Below, in pieces: positions 1-10,078 of a DNA stretch of 64,000 bases. Origin of the DNA: a virus (lineage: Duplodnaviria > Caudoviricetes); the IMG/VR virus record IMGVR_UViG_3300033066_000709, positions 1 through 64,000 of that record. One strand, given 5' to 3'. Numbering within the stretch: the first letter of the stretch is position 1; the number at the start of each line of letters is the position of its first letter. The notes under the pieces are model-generated. The model did not search any database and was not told the DNA's origin. It was given only the letters and a program-made list of their open reading frames with translations. A program made the position numbers and the translations under genes.

Positions 1-524
1 AAATTTCTTATTTCGCAAACTATTATTGTAGCATGAAATCTTCTTTTTTCTAATGGTAATAATGTTCTTTGCCATGTACTATCACTTTTTGCTTTTTTAT
101 ATAACATTGCTAAAAATGTCATTTGTAAATCTAAAGATTCTAAACATTCAACAGTTAATGATAAATCATGATATGTTACAGTATTTTCTGGACCATCTGG
201 TCTTTTCCATATCTCTTCTAATCCTGATATTGATTGAAAATACCAAGGTTTATTATACTGTATATCTTTTAATTGTTTTATAAATTCTACTAAATAATTA
301 GACCTCAATTCTTGACCAATTCTCCTCAAATAATTAATAGAACTATCTAAATCATCATCATTCAATAATAATCCAGGTATTATACGATTTATATTAGATT
401 TATCCCTAATATTTTCAAAATCAAATTTAATGGCAAAACCTAAATACGTAGGTTCTTGTCCCATCATATTATCTGAGCCTATACCTAAAAATTTTCGTAT
501 AAGTTTATCTGGATTTCTTTTCAT
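1..524 (-). CDS. Putative tail-tube-like/baseplate structural protein (partial, runs off window)
   Basis: Not in the ORF track. ATG at 524 reads open MKRNPDKLIRKFLG...EPTYLGFAIKFDF...PWYFQSISGL...VECLESLDL to the window edge; lies in the baseplate cluster. Confidence 0.55.
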   Translation of the reverse strand, partial: MKRNPDKLIRKFLGIGSDNMMGQEPTYLGFAIKFDFENIRDKSNINRIIPGLLLNDDDLDSSINYLRRIGQELRSNYLVEFIKQLKDIQYNKPWYFQSISGLEEIWKRPDGPENTVTYHDLSLTVECLESLDLQMTFLAMLYKKAKSDSTWQRTLLPLEKRRFHATIIVCEIRN

Positions 525-542
525 TAAAAATATTTAATTTTT

Positions 543-2690
543 TTATAGACTATTTGATTGATAATTTTCACCATTATTACCTTCACTTGTGGGCATTTCC
601 CATTCTCTTCTTGATAAATATAATTCTTGTTCTATTTTTCCAGTAACATCATTATTTTTACTATCATCTATTTGAGAATATATTAATCTTATACCAACTA
701 CAACATAATTATTAGCACTTAAAAATCTATCAACAGTTAAACCTAATGATTTATAATCATCTTTACCTACACTACCAGCAACTTTACCTCGTTCGACATC
801 CTTTGTGATAATACATGTTAATGGTAATCTTTGACCTCTATAAACATTATAATTTGGTTTAGGTAATGTTATTTTTAATAACATTTTATCTACAAATTCT
901 AAATTTTGAAAATTTATAAATTCAGCATATTTCCAATATGCATGTACATTATGTTCTGCTACATTTGAATATTGTATACCTTGCCATTTTCTTTTATTTG
1001 TATTTTGATAATATTTTTCATTTGTTCTACCCTTCATCATATTTTTATATTCTTCAACCTTATCAGATGAGTATGGGTCGACAAAAATTACATCATGTTT
1101 TTCTTTTTTACCAGAATATAATTCTCTTCTTGAAACATCATAAAAATGTACATATCTTTTATATCCATTTAAAATATTTATTTCACCAGAATTATTTATA
1201 AATTCAAATGAATTGTAATAATAATTTGTTTTTTCCATAGCAGGAGCATTAGAAAAATGGTGTACAGTTTTTTGTGAAGTAATGTTATCATCCCTATTAT
1301 GATCTATTTGCTGAGTTGATGACATTATACCATCCTTTGCTTCGGCTGTATCACTAACAGAATAAACTGTATTCATATTTATAAAATTAAAACAATAATA
1401 TAAATCAACCCATGAATCAAAAAATGATTTATTATCTTTATATGCATGTATTGTTATATTATCTATCCAATTTTTATATGTATCATATGGACATATCCAT
1501 GTCATCTTATCATCAGTATTTGTTTCATTAGAAGCAAACCCTAATTTTAAATCTTTTGATATTTCTAATAATGCTTCATATGAAGTTTTATTTTTAATAG
1601 CTTTACAATTTTCTGCAAATAAATAATTAATATTTAATATACCATCTATAAATAATGTTATTTCAGAACCTTCTTTATCCTTAGATGCAGTAGTATCAAC
1701 ATGTGTTATTAAATAATCATTTCTTATTGGTTTAAAAATATCATTATAACTTCTTATAAAAATATTAACAACATCACCATCTTTTGGAAAATGTCTTGAT
1801 ATAAATATACCAGTCTGTAATGATATTACTAATGATATAGTTGGTAAAAAACTTGTAGACGTTATTTCCATACTAATTATTTCTCTAGATGAGAAAACAT
1901 AATCATTTATAATAATAACAGGTTGGCTACCACCCAATCCACCAATACCTTTACCAAGTGTAGCCGGCTTATTTTTTTCTTTTCCAGAATCATTTATTTG
2001 TTTATCATTATCACTTTTGACAGAATCTTTAATTATGTTATTATTATCTTTACTTTTAATAACATTTTTATCATTTACATCATTAGCAATATTTTTATTA
2101 TTTATATAATCATCAGAAGTATCAAATTCTTCTTCATTCGTATTTACAGGTATATCTGGTTGATTATTTCCTGATGAACCACTGGAACCGGAACTTCCTG
2201 ATGAACCACTGGAACCGGAACTTCCTGATGAACCACTAGATTCCGTATATGGTAAATCATCTATATTATTTGTTATTGTAGTATTATAATAATATTGAAC
2301 ATTACCATTTTTAAAATCTAAATTAGTATTTTTATTATTTAATACCCATTCTTTTATTTTTAATCCAAAATCATTTTTTATAGAATCAAATGCTAAACTT
2401 AAATTTGATAATTGAGTTTCTTTTATTTCAGAAACAGTTATAGCTTTAACATATTTAGTTATTGGTAATTTAAACTCTACAACTGAAATGATTTCTTTAG
2501 TTTTTATAGTAGAAGCTTGTACTATTAAATTTAAACCAACATTAGTTTTATTTCTTTTACCAGTTACAACATAATTTATATTTACTCCAAATTCATTAGA
2601 TGTTGTACCACCATATAATAAATTTAAACTATTTATAAATTGTTCTGTTTTTGATATTAAACTATTTTCTATTTCTATTTTTAATGACAT
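543..2690 (-). CDS. Putative baseplate hub (gp27-like) protein with N-terminal extension and (SSG)n linker
   Basis: 715 aa. C-terminal ~450 aa has a hub-like layout; downstream of gp53-like and lysozyme genes. Confidence 0.5.
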   Translation of the reverse strand: MSLKIEIENSLISKTEQFINSLNLLYGGTTSNEFGVNINYVVTGKRNKTNVGLNLIVQASTIKTKEIISVVEFKLPITKYVKAITVSEIKETQLSNLSLAFDSIKNDFGLKIKEWVLNNKNTNLDFKNGNVQYYYNTTITNNIDDLPYTESSGSSGSSGSSGSSGSSGSSGSSGNNQPDIPVNTNEEEFDTSDDYINNKNIANDVNDKNVIKSKDNNNIIKDSVKSDNDKQINDSGKEKNKPATLGKGIGGLGGSQPVIIINDYVFSSREIISMEITSTSFLPTISLVISLQTGIFISRHFPKDGDVVNIFIRSYNDIFKPIRNDYLITHVDTTASKDKEGSEITLFIDGILNINYLFAENCKAIKNKTSYEALLEISKDLKLGFASNETNTDDKMTWICPYDTYKNWIDNITIHAYKDNKSFFDSWVDLYYCFNFINMNTVYSVSDTAEAKDGIMSSTQQIDHNRDDNITSQKTVHHFSNAPAMEKTNYYYNSFEFINNSGEINILNGYKRYVHFYDVSRRELYSGKKEKHDVIFVDPYSSDKVEEYKNMMKGRTNEKYYQNTNKRKWQGIQYSNVAEHNVHAYWKYAEFINFQNLEFVDKMLLKITLPKPNYNVYRGQRLPLTCIITKDVERGKVAGSVGKDDYKSLGLTVDRFLSANNYVVVGIRLIYSQIDDSKNNDVTGKIEQELYLSRREWEMPTSEGNNGENYQSNSL
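2168..2237. repeat. 27-bp tandem repeat (~2.6 copies) encoding (SSG)n
   Basis: ttcctgatgaaccactggaaccggaac at 2168 and 2195, partial copy at 2222. Confidence 0.95.
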
Positions 2691-2691
2691 A

Positions 2692-3516
2692 TTATAATGT
2701 TTCTTTTATACCAGGATTAAATATAGTATCTATTTTATGTGTTGGATTTAAAATTGTTCTTGTTGATACCTCTTGATTTAAAGAATCTGTTCTATTCGTA
2801 TCTTTTTTTTCAATTATCGAATCAGACATTGATTTACCAGTTAATAAAAAAACATTTATTCTATCATATGCAGAATTTAAATCTAAATTATCATCAGTAT
2901 TTTTTTCATCATTACTGTTTATATTACCATCTATATTACCATCTATATTATTATTTGTTCTATCATCTATATTAGAAGCAACTGTTGTTCTGGCTATAGG
3001 TTTACCACCACATTGTTTTATTTTACTATTATATCTATCTATTACATCACTATTTAATTGTCCAGTTGACCATAATTGGTATTCAGCATTTCTTCTTATA
3101 ACTAAACCCCTTAAAAGGTTACCAGCTTTATCGTGTGTACCTGATATTATACTATTTTTTATATCATCAGCACTAGAATTATTTTTTATTAATTGTAAAA
3201 GTGTATCATGTAATTTATGATTAACACCAAAATTATACATTCTACTCATAAAAACGTCAAATTGATTTTGTGTTAATATAACACCATAATTATTAGCTTT
3301 TTTTTGTAAAATAATACCTCTTGCACTGAATTGATTTTGTAAAAATTGTTCACCCTCATCACATGTTATAGTTGTACCCTGTTCTATCTTTTTACCATTT
3401 ATAAAACCAGTTTGACCCCATCCAATAGTCCATATACCACCAGTATCTTGATATGCTGTACTTCTAAATCCTTCAAATGCTTTAATTAACATTACACCTT
3501 TTTCTGATATATTCAT
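2692..3516 (-). CDS. GH24 phage lysozyme with shared C-terminal module
   Basis: FEGFRSTAYQDTGGIWTIGWG (E-x8-D-x5-T triad), QNQFD, YNFG, GLVIRRNAE. Confidence 0.9.
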   Translation of the reverse strand: MNISEKGVMLIKAFEGFRSTAYQDTGGIWTIGWGQTGFINGKKIEQGTTITCDEGEQFLQNQFSARGIILQKKANNYGVILTQNQFDVFMSRMYNFGVNHKLHDTLLQLIKNNSSADDIKNSIISGTHDKAGNLLRGLVIRRNAEYQLWSTGQLNSDVIDRYNSKIKQCGGKPIARTTVASNIDDRTNNNIDGNIDGNINSNDEKNTDDNLDLNSAYDRINVFLLTGKSMSDSIIEKKDTNRTDSLNQEVSTRTILNPTHKIDTIFNPGIKETL

Positions 3517-3539
3517 ATTTATTTTATAATTATTAAAAA

Positions 3540-4478
3540 CTAACCATCTTCACCACCAGGATTAATAATTTTATCTAATTCGTGAGTTGGGTTTAATAAA
3601 ATTTTTGTTGATGTTTCTTGATCTTTATTTTCTACAGCATTAACATCTTTTTTATCATTTACGGAATCAGACATTGCTTTACCAGTAAGTAGAAAATCGT
3701 TTATACGATCATATGCTGCATTTAAATCTAAATCATTAGATTCTGTATTAGAAGGCGTATCATTATTGTTACTATTATTTGCCGGATTACTATTATCTTC
3801 TGCTGGTGTAGAATCTATAACTCTATTATCAGCAATAAATCCTGTAGAATCTGGAAATTTACCACCTATACGTATAAGATAAAATTCTACAAGTTGTGGA
3901 GTACCACCTTTACAGATACCACCACCTAAAGCATCTCTTTGTCCATCTGCAATATTTTCTTTACAATTACCATTACCATTCATGGCTGGTTTTTGACTAC
4001 TATTGATTGTTATGTTTACATGTCCACTACCTGTAGTGCCTCTACAATTTATAGTACCTGGTCTTGGAGAATCTACCTTTTTTAAATATTTACTACCATT
4101 TTTATAAGCATCTCTTGCAAATCCAGAACCAGCATTTCCTAATTTTAAATAATAACTTCTTTCATCTTCCGTTAAATCATTTGCATATTGTGCTGCTAAA
4201 CGTAAAATTAATGTAACTGATAAAGCACAATACGGGGCACCAGCCGGCTGTCGAGGTATACTTGGTAATGGTGAAAAATCAGTAGTGCCATTATGGTTAT
4301 TTGTCCAAAATGCAGCAGCAAATCTACCAGCCCAATCCGCATCTACTCCTGAAAATCCTATATTTTGTCTACCACCACTTTCTGTTAATCTTAAAGATGT
4401 TATCCAGTTTCCAACATCTGATAATTTTTGTAACATGCCTGCTGGATTTGTAACTATTGAAGGTAATTGTCTACTCAT
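3540..4478 (-). CDS. CHAP/NlpC-like cysteine amidase with shared C-terminal module
   Basis: APYCALSV, PRPG and SGHVNI Cys/His motifs; C-terminus matches the adjacent lysozyme. Confidence 0.6.
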   Translation of the reverse strand: MSRQLPSIVTNPAGMLQKLSDVGNWITSLRLTESGGRQNIGFSGVDADWAGRFAAAFWTNNHNGTTDFSPLPSIPRQPAGAPYCALSVTLILRLAAQYANDLTEDERSYYLKLGNAGSGFARDAYKNGSKYLKKVDSPRPGTINCRGTTGSGHVNITINSSQKPAMNGNGNCKENIADGQRDALGGGICKGGTPQLVEFYLIRIGGKFPDSTGFIADNRVIDSTPAEDNSNPANNSNNNDTPSNTESNDLDLNAAYDRINDFLLTGKAMSDSVNDKKDVNAVENKDQETSTKILLNPTHELDKIINPGGEDG

Positions 4479-5011
4479 TTTTTAATAATATTATTTCCTA
4501 AAATAAAATTTCCATTTTTAGTTAATGTTGCTTCTGAATCTCCAGGTTCAGAAAAATTTGGTGGCAAATTATAATTTGAAAATGAACCACCATTTATATT
4601 TTTACGTAATTGTTTTAATTCTTCATCATATAAAATCTTTTTAGGATCTAATGATGTCTTTTTTGTAGGATCTATAAATTTATTCCTAACTTCTTCTATA
4701 TTATTTTTATTTTGTGGATCATATAAACTATCATACATAAATCCCAAGTCTGGTATATATACAAGATCATTTGCATCTAATGAATATGGATTAGAGATAC
4801 CATTATATTTAGCTATTATATCAAAATGGTCATCATTACCATATGCTGCAAAAGAAACAAGATCTAATCTCATAGCCATATCTTCACCAACATAAAATGC
4901 ATCTATAACTTGACCATCCGATTTATAATCCAAAGATCTTGTTGTTAAATCTATAAAAGATTCACCTTTGTTTTTTATATTTTTTTTACTTGCTAATATT
5001 TTAGATTGCAT
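4475..5011 (-). CDS. gp53: Baseplate wedge protein, T4 gp53-like (LysM-like)
   Basis: RLDLVSFAAYG...IIAKYNGISNPYSL...LVYIP. Confidence 0.8.
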   Translation of the reverse strand: MQSKILASKKNIKNKGESFIDLTTRSLDYKSDGQVIDAFYVGEDMAMRLDLVSFAAYGNDDHFDIIAKYNGISNPYSLDANDLVYIPDLGFMYDSLYDPQNKNNIEEVRNKFIDPTKKTSLDPKKILYDEELKQLRKNINGGSFSNYNLPPNFSEPGDSEATLTKNGNFILGNNIIKK

Positions 5012-5027
5012 ATTTTATTTATTTTAA

Positions 5028-8018
5028 TTATTCTCCACCGGATTTAAATCCTATTTTTTCTGCCAAAGCTTGAGCTTGTTTATTTGAACTATACATTTTA
5101 CCTTGTAATAGAGCACTTTGTGGCATCGTCCATGCATCATTAACTCCACCACCTTTAGCCGAACCACCATAGTTACTATTTGTATCAGCTGACATTACAC
5201 GTTTTTTACCAGTATAATTATCATCAACTGTTTGTTTACAATTAGCACAATCAATTTTACTATCTCTTGTTGACGATGCGTTATTCCAAAATTCCGTATT
5301 TTGACCATAATAAGAATAATGTAATCTACCATTACCTCTATTAAATATACTTTCGATTGACCCTTTATCGCGAGCTAAACCATGGTCTAGAGTTATACTT
5401 ACAGTCATTTGGTCAGGAAAATCATCTGCGCCTAATCTATCAGAAAAAGAAATTTTAGTATTTGTGCATATCAAATTACCTATCATCATAATAGGATTAA
5501 AAGGATTACCTATAACAAGATGCCATTCACCAACTGGATCACCAGTTAATAATGCTTTTAATCCTAAAATAGCAGGTCTTTTATCTCTTTGTTTTTCGGC
5601 CATCCATAATTGAGTACCTTTACCAGCTAAACCTTTTAAAGCTTCTCTAGGATTTGTTATTAAATTTTGCACAAAACTGCCTATATTACCCAACGCAGTA
5701 GAAAGTTGGTCTGCAATACCATCTAACATACCAGTTGCATTACCTGAATACCATGCATCTTGGCTTTTTTTACCACCAGGAAATGGATAAGCAGGTTTAT
5801 TTGGAAAATACCTATTGGCACCACCCCAAAACCCAGCATTATTATATGTTAGTGCTAATATATTAGCCATTATATCTAACATTGCAGCTTTAGGATTTAT
5901 ACCACCTATAGATTTTAAAGAATAATGAAAATTTAAATTTATTTGATGATCATAAGCTAAACCTCTATCTCTTGCTTTTGTTGAATCTATAACATTTACA
6001 GGACCATATATACGGTTTGCATATGCACCATCTTTATATGGATCAAATTTAGCTCGTTGTTCATCCCAACCTGATACACTATTAAAGTTTGATTGTCCAC
6101 TTAAAATACCTAACCATTTTCCAATACCTTCTCCAAATGGACTATCAGCGGCACCTTGTTCATTACCTTGTATTTCATTTATTTCAGCTTTTAAATCTCT
6201 CCAATTCATATGGTATGAAAATGTCATAAGTTCACTAACTTGATTACCAGTTTGTGCACCCATCCATGTAACTGCACTTGCTACTGCTAATAAATGTTGT
6301 TTAGTTTTATCTTGTCCTATCATTGTAGCATTATCACCTACTGGCATGGGATATCGTCTTAATGTTACTAAAAGATTATTAGGTATTAAATCGTAATATG
6401 TACAATATAAAAAGTCTGCCCATCTATATTGAAATTGTTCTGTACCTGTAAAATTTTCAGGATTTGTTAAATTATCAGTAGTTGGTTCTATCGGCTCCTT
6501 TATAGTTGGTTTGGAATTTGGTTTTCTTAAATATCTTTTTTTAGTATTATTTCCAATTTTTACCCAACCTCTACTTATTTGCAATTCTATATAACTTCTT
6601 GCTGATTCTGCATCTTTTTCTATTTGAGCTATAACTTCTGCACTTGCACCACTTTTTATAGTATCACCTTCACAGTGCTGTGGTTCAACATATAATTCTT
6701 TACCATTAGGTTTTTTACATTTTTTCCAACCCTGTTTTAATAACCAAAACTCTGGTCTATCTGGTGTAATTTTATTTTTATTTTCTGCATCTAAATTAGC
6801 TTTATCTATTGTTTTATAATTGGATTTTATATTTTTATTAGTTTCCCAATTTTTTCTCATAGCCATTTGAGCATTAGCTCTTGCCAATTCTGCATTTTGT
6901 CCAGCTAATGGTGTATCAACTGTAACTTCTGCTGGGTCATCTTTTTTAGAATAAGTTCTACCAGTTTTTACAACAGTAACTTCTTTTTGTGGTCTCCATA
7001 TCTCTTGTGAATAATCAACTTCATTAACATACAATGAACCGGATTCATCGACATATGTTGTACCATCAGCTTCGGTTATTCCCAATTCTTGTTTTGCTTT
7101 TAAATCATTAAATATAACAATTTTTTCTTTTCCTTCATTTTTACCTATAGTTATAGAATTTCCATAATCCTTAACATTTGCATAAGGTTTATAAAGTGTA
7201 CTTCTAAATCCACCCTTATTATTTTTTTGATCTATTAAAAATTTATGATGTTTAGATCCAGCCACATGATCAAATCTTATTAATGCATATGGATTCATTA
7301 TAGCAGGACTACCAACCCATTCATCACCATATGGCATATGGTTACCTATAGATTGTGAACTTGAATATGCATAAGATAATCTACCATCCCAAGGTAATAT
7401 AAATCCTTCAGTTTTATTATCAGATTTAAAATATTTAATTCTTTCATTTATAATAGTATCATCATCACTAGATTTTAATCCACTATATAAAGAATTATTA
7501 TTTCTGATTTCTGTTATTTCTTGGGCACTTTCTGCATCTTCTTGACTAAATCCGGCAGTATCGGCAGTATCTATTGTACCAGTATTAGCTGATATATTTT
7601 TTAATTTATTTTCTTCTAAATTTTTTTTAAAAGTTAATATATCAGTATCATCGGTTACATCTGATATATTTGTTGGTAATTCTTCTGTATTTGTGGCAAA
7701 TGGTATATTTGTTTTATCATCTTTTGGTTTATTAAAATCTGATATAATTTTCTGATGTTCTTTTATTACAGATTCTTTTTGTGAAAGTTGTAACTTATTA
7801 GAACTTATTTTAGATTTTAATTGTTCAATTTCTAAACGTTTAACTATGGCTTCATCACCATTCAATTTAGATAATTCTAATTCCTTTTTTGTTTGTTCTA
7901 TTTCTAATTTACTAGTTACATCATATAGATTGTTATAATCTCTAACCTTATCCTTAATACCGTCCTTTAAATTATCTACTGATAATTTTTGAACATTAAA
8001 ATCTGTAATGAATGACAT
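5028..8018 (-). CDS. Large structural protein, putative baseplate/tail-tube junction
   Basis: 996 aa immediately upstream of gp53; conserved-looking C-terminal half (DFLYCTYY, TLRRYP, WHLVIGNPFNP...GNLIC, DDFP). Confidence 0.45.
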   Translation of the reverse strand: MSFITDFNVQKLSVDNLKDGIKDKVRDYNNLYDVTSKLEIEQTKKELELSKLNGDEAIVKRLEIEQLKSKISSNKLQLSQKESVIKEHQKIISDFNKPKDDKTNIPFATNTEELPTNISDVTDDTDILTFKKNLEENKLKNISANTGTIDTADTAGFSQEDAESAQEITEIRNNNSLYSGLKSSDDDTIINERIKYFKSDNKTEGFILPWDGRLSYAYSSSQSIGNHMPYGDEWVGSPAIMNPYALIRFDHVAGSKHHKFLIDQKNNKGGFRSTLYKPYANVKDYGNSITIGKNEGKEKIVIFNDLKAKQELGITEADGTTYVDESGSLYVNEVDYSQEIWRPQKEVTVVKTGRTYSKKDDPAEVTVDTPLAGQNAELARANAQMAMRKNWETNKNIKSNYKTIDKANLDAENKNKITPDRPEFWLLKQGWKKCKKPNGKELYVEPQHCEGDTIKSGASAEVIAQIEKDAESARSYIELQISRGWVKIGNNTKKRYLRKPNSKPTIKEPIEPTTDNLTNPENFTGTEQFQYRWADFLYCTYYDLIPNNLLVTLRRYPMPVGDNATMIGQDKTKQHLLAVASAVTWMGAQTGNQVSELMTFSYHMNWRDLKAEINEIQGNEQGAADSPFGEGIGKWLGILSGQSNFNSVSGWDEQRAKFDPYKDGAYANRIYGPVNVIDSTKARDRGLAYDHQINLNFHYSLKSIGGINPKAAMLDIMANILALTYNNAGFWGGANRYFPNKPAYPFPGGKKSQDAWYSGNATGMLDGIADQLSTALGNIGSFVQNLITNPREALKGLAGKGTQLWMAEKQRDKRPAILGLKALLTGDPVGEWHLVIGNPFNPIMMIGNLICTNTKISFSDRLGADDFPDQMTVSITLDHGLARDKGSIESIFNRGNGRLHYSYYGQNTEFWNNASSTRDSKIDCANCKQTVDDNYTGKKRVMSADTNSNYGGSAKGGGVNDAWTMPQSALLQGKMYSSNKQAQALAEKIGFKSGGE

Positions 8019-8033
8019 AACATAATATTTATT

Positions 8034-8402
8034 TTAAATAACATTATCGAAATATTTATATATTTTATTATCTATAGTTTGATTATAATCTATTAAAATA
8101 TATTCTGTAAATAATATACCTTTACTTTCTACGTATTTTTTAAAATTACTAACAAATCCTATACTTATATTATCAATGATATATAATAATTTATCAAATC
8201 TTTTACTTTCATAAATGTTTCGTATTTTAATTTCTATTTCTTGGCTTAAAACATAGTCAACACAAATATCTCCACCATAATCGGAATATTTAATCAATTT
8301 AGCCATTACTGGTACATCAATAATGGCTAAATTTTTATCGAGATATGTTTTGTAATTTTTCTTTATATTTTTTTTATCATCACAGCTGATAAATATTTTC
8401 AT
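8034..8402 (-). CDS. Hypothetical protein
   Basis: 122-aa ORF, tightly packed in the operon. Confidence 0.7.
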   Translation of the reverse strand: MKIFISCDDKKNIKKNYKTYLDKNLAIIDVPVMAKLIKYSDYGGDICVDYVLSQEIEIKIRNIYESKRFDKLLYIIDNISIGFVSNFKKYVESKGILFTEYILIDYNQTIDNKIYKYFDNVI

Positions 8403-8422
8403 ATAAAATTATTATTTTAAAA

Positions 8423-8860
8423 TCATATCTTATCTAGTTTTTTAGCAAATCTCTTTTCGAAATCTTCTAAGTGTTTTTTATGTTTTTGTTTACCAATTTC
8501 TTCACCATACACTTCAATTAATAACTTTAAGTATTTCTCTTCTCTTTCTTCTGTTTGTCTCACCATCTCATTGTATAGTGCTTCCTCATTTATTCTATGT
8601 ATGTTACTACCATTTTTATTCGAATGTTTAATACGATTAAACCATTCTGAAAAATTATACCTTTCTTTCCTTGTTCTCTTTTTTAATTTATTAGTAATTC
8701 GTCGTACACCTAAATTATCTATAAATTGATATTTATCATTTCTCAAAGAAGTTCTTTCATAATATCTTCTATATTTATGACTTTGAGGATTATATGATAA
8801 TTGTTCTTTTAATTCAATTTTTTCATTTGAATTTTTTGTTACTTGATCTACCTCTTGCAT
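8423..8860 (-). CDS. Hypothetical basic protein
   Basis: 145-aa ORF in the operon. Confidence 0.7.
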   Translation of the reverse strand: MQEVDQVTKNSNEKIELKEQLSYNPQSHKYRRYYERTSLRNDKYQFIDNLGVRRITNKLKKRTRKERYNFSEWFNRIKHSNKNGSNIHRINEEALYNEMVRQTEEREEKYLKLLIEVYGEEIGKQKHKKHLEDFEKRFAKKLDKI

Positions 8861-8887
8861 TTTATCACCTTAAATAATTGTAAAAAA

Positions 8888-9433
8888 TTAAAATTGTTTT
8901 TTTATGGCAAATATGTTTCCAAATAAAGAAACATATAATTTTAATAATAATGATATTGCCAAACCATTATTACTTGATATTATTTTATTAACAGGTACTA
9001 TTTTAAATGAATTTATTAATGAATTTTCATCAGCTTCAGGTTTTAATTCTGTAATATTTACAGCATAACATGTATAACCAGAACTCATGATATCTGATAC
9101 ATGCAATTCTTTTAAATATGTCCATTTACTATCATCCGTCACTTTATAACCAGTTTTATCATATAAACATCTAATAGCAGTATCTAAACTATTATCATCA
9201 GAATCATGCTCTGAATCTATTAATACAGATAATCCACTATTTTTAAATGGATTTAAATTATTTACTATACCTATACCATTTATAATATTTGCAGCATCTA
9301 AAGTATATGGTATAATAGCAACATTTTCTACTTTATAATCAATAGTAACCATTTCATGAAATGGCTCTTCACATAAAGAATGTACTATATCAAAAATATC
9401 TGTGCTATGTATAATTTTATTCTTTATTTCCAT
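8888..9433 (-). CDS. Degenerate Nudix-fold protein
   Basis: VAIIPY...DNSLDTAIRCLYDKTGY resembles a Nudix box lacking the catalytic glutamates. Confidence 0.55.
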   Translation of the reverse strand: MEIKNKIIHSTDIFDIVHSLCEEPFHEMVTIDYKVENVAIIPYTLDAANIINGIGIVNNLNPFKNSGLSVLIDSEHDSDDNSLDTAIRCLYDKTGYKVTDDSKWTYLKELHVSDIMSSGYTCYAVNITELKPEADENSLINSFKIVPVNKIISSNNGLAISLLLKLYVSLFGNIFAIKKQF

Positions 9434-10070
9434 AATATATTTTTAATGAGTTTTTAATACATTCTTTTAATGTTACTATATTTTCTGGTGTAAAAAGATA
9501 ATCAATTATCTTATCTTCAGCATTATCATAATCATCAACCAATACTTCATATAATTCTTTAGATGGTAAATCTAATTCTATTGATAATGATATTTCTACA
9601 GGTTTCTTTTTTCTTCTTTTAAGAATCTCTATTACTGGATCAAATTCCACAGGTTTTTTTTCCATTCTAATATTTGAATTTAAACCAGAATTTATTTTAT
9701 TTGGTATTATTTTTGATAAATCATTTTCTATATATGTATGGTCTTCGACCATCAACCTTTCTATTTCTTGTACAGTATGTTTTTGTCCATTATCAAAAAA
9801 TACACAATAATTCGTACCTTCTTTTACTGTACGTTCAGCTCTAACTACTAAACCTATAAATTCACTATTTATATATCTAAAATATTTACCTTTAAATATA
9901 TCGGCACTTTCTTCTACAGTTTCTATTGAACCTAATATACTAGCACCACTTCCATGTACTTTTGCTAATACATTACCATCATTTACTATTCTTTCTGGTA
10001 TAAATTCATCCGATGGTAAACCATCATTACCGAGTATTATATTCATTATATTTTTTAAAAAATTAAACAT
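9417..10070 (-). CDS. Hypothetical protein
   Basis: 217-aa ORF overlapping the next gene; AATATATA motif upstream. Confidence 0.7.
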   Translation of the reverse strand: MFNFLKNIMNIILGNDGLPSDEFIPERIVNDGNVLAKVHGSGASILGSIETVEESADIFKGKYFRYINSEFIGLVVRAERTVKEGTNYCVFFDNGQKHTVQEIERLMVEDHTYIENDLSKIIPNKINSGLNSNIRMEKKPVEFDPVIEILKRRKKKPVEISLSIELDLPSKELYEVLVDDYDNAEDKIIDYLFTPENIVTLKECIKNSLKIYYGNKE

Positions 10071-10078
10071 TTATAATC

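Noticed and set aside
2360-2420. LSLAFDSIKNDF in the hub N-terminus as a third copy of the shared hydrolase module
   Set aside because: The similarity is too short and needs a gap.
3517-3542. TAG read-through fusing the CHAP-like gene to the lysozyme
   Set aside because: The gap is 23 nt, so the two ORFs are not in frame.
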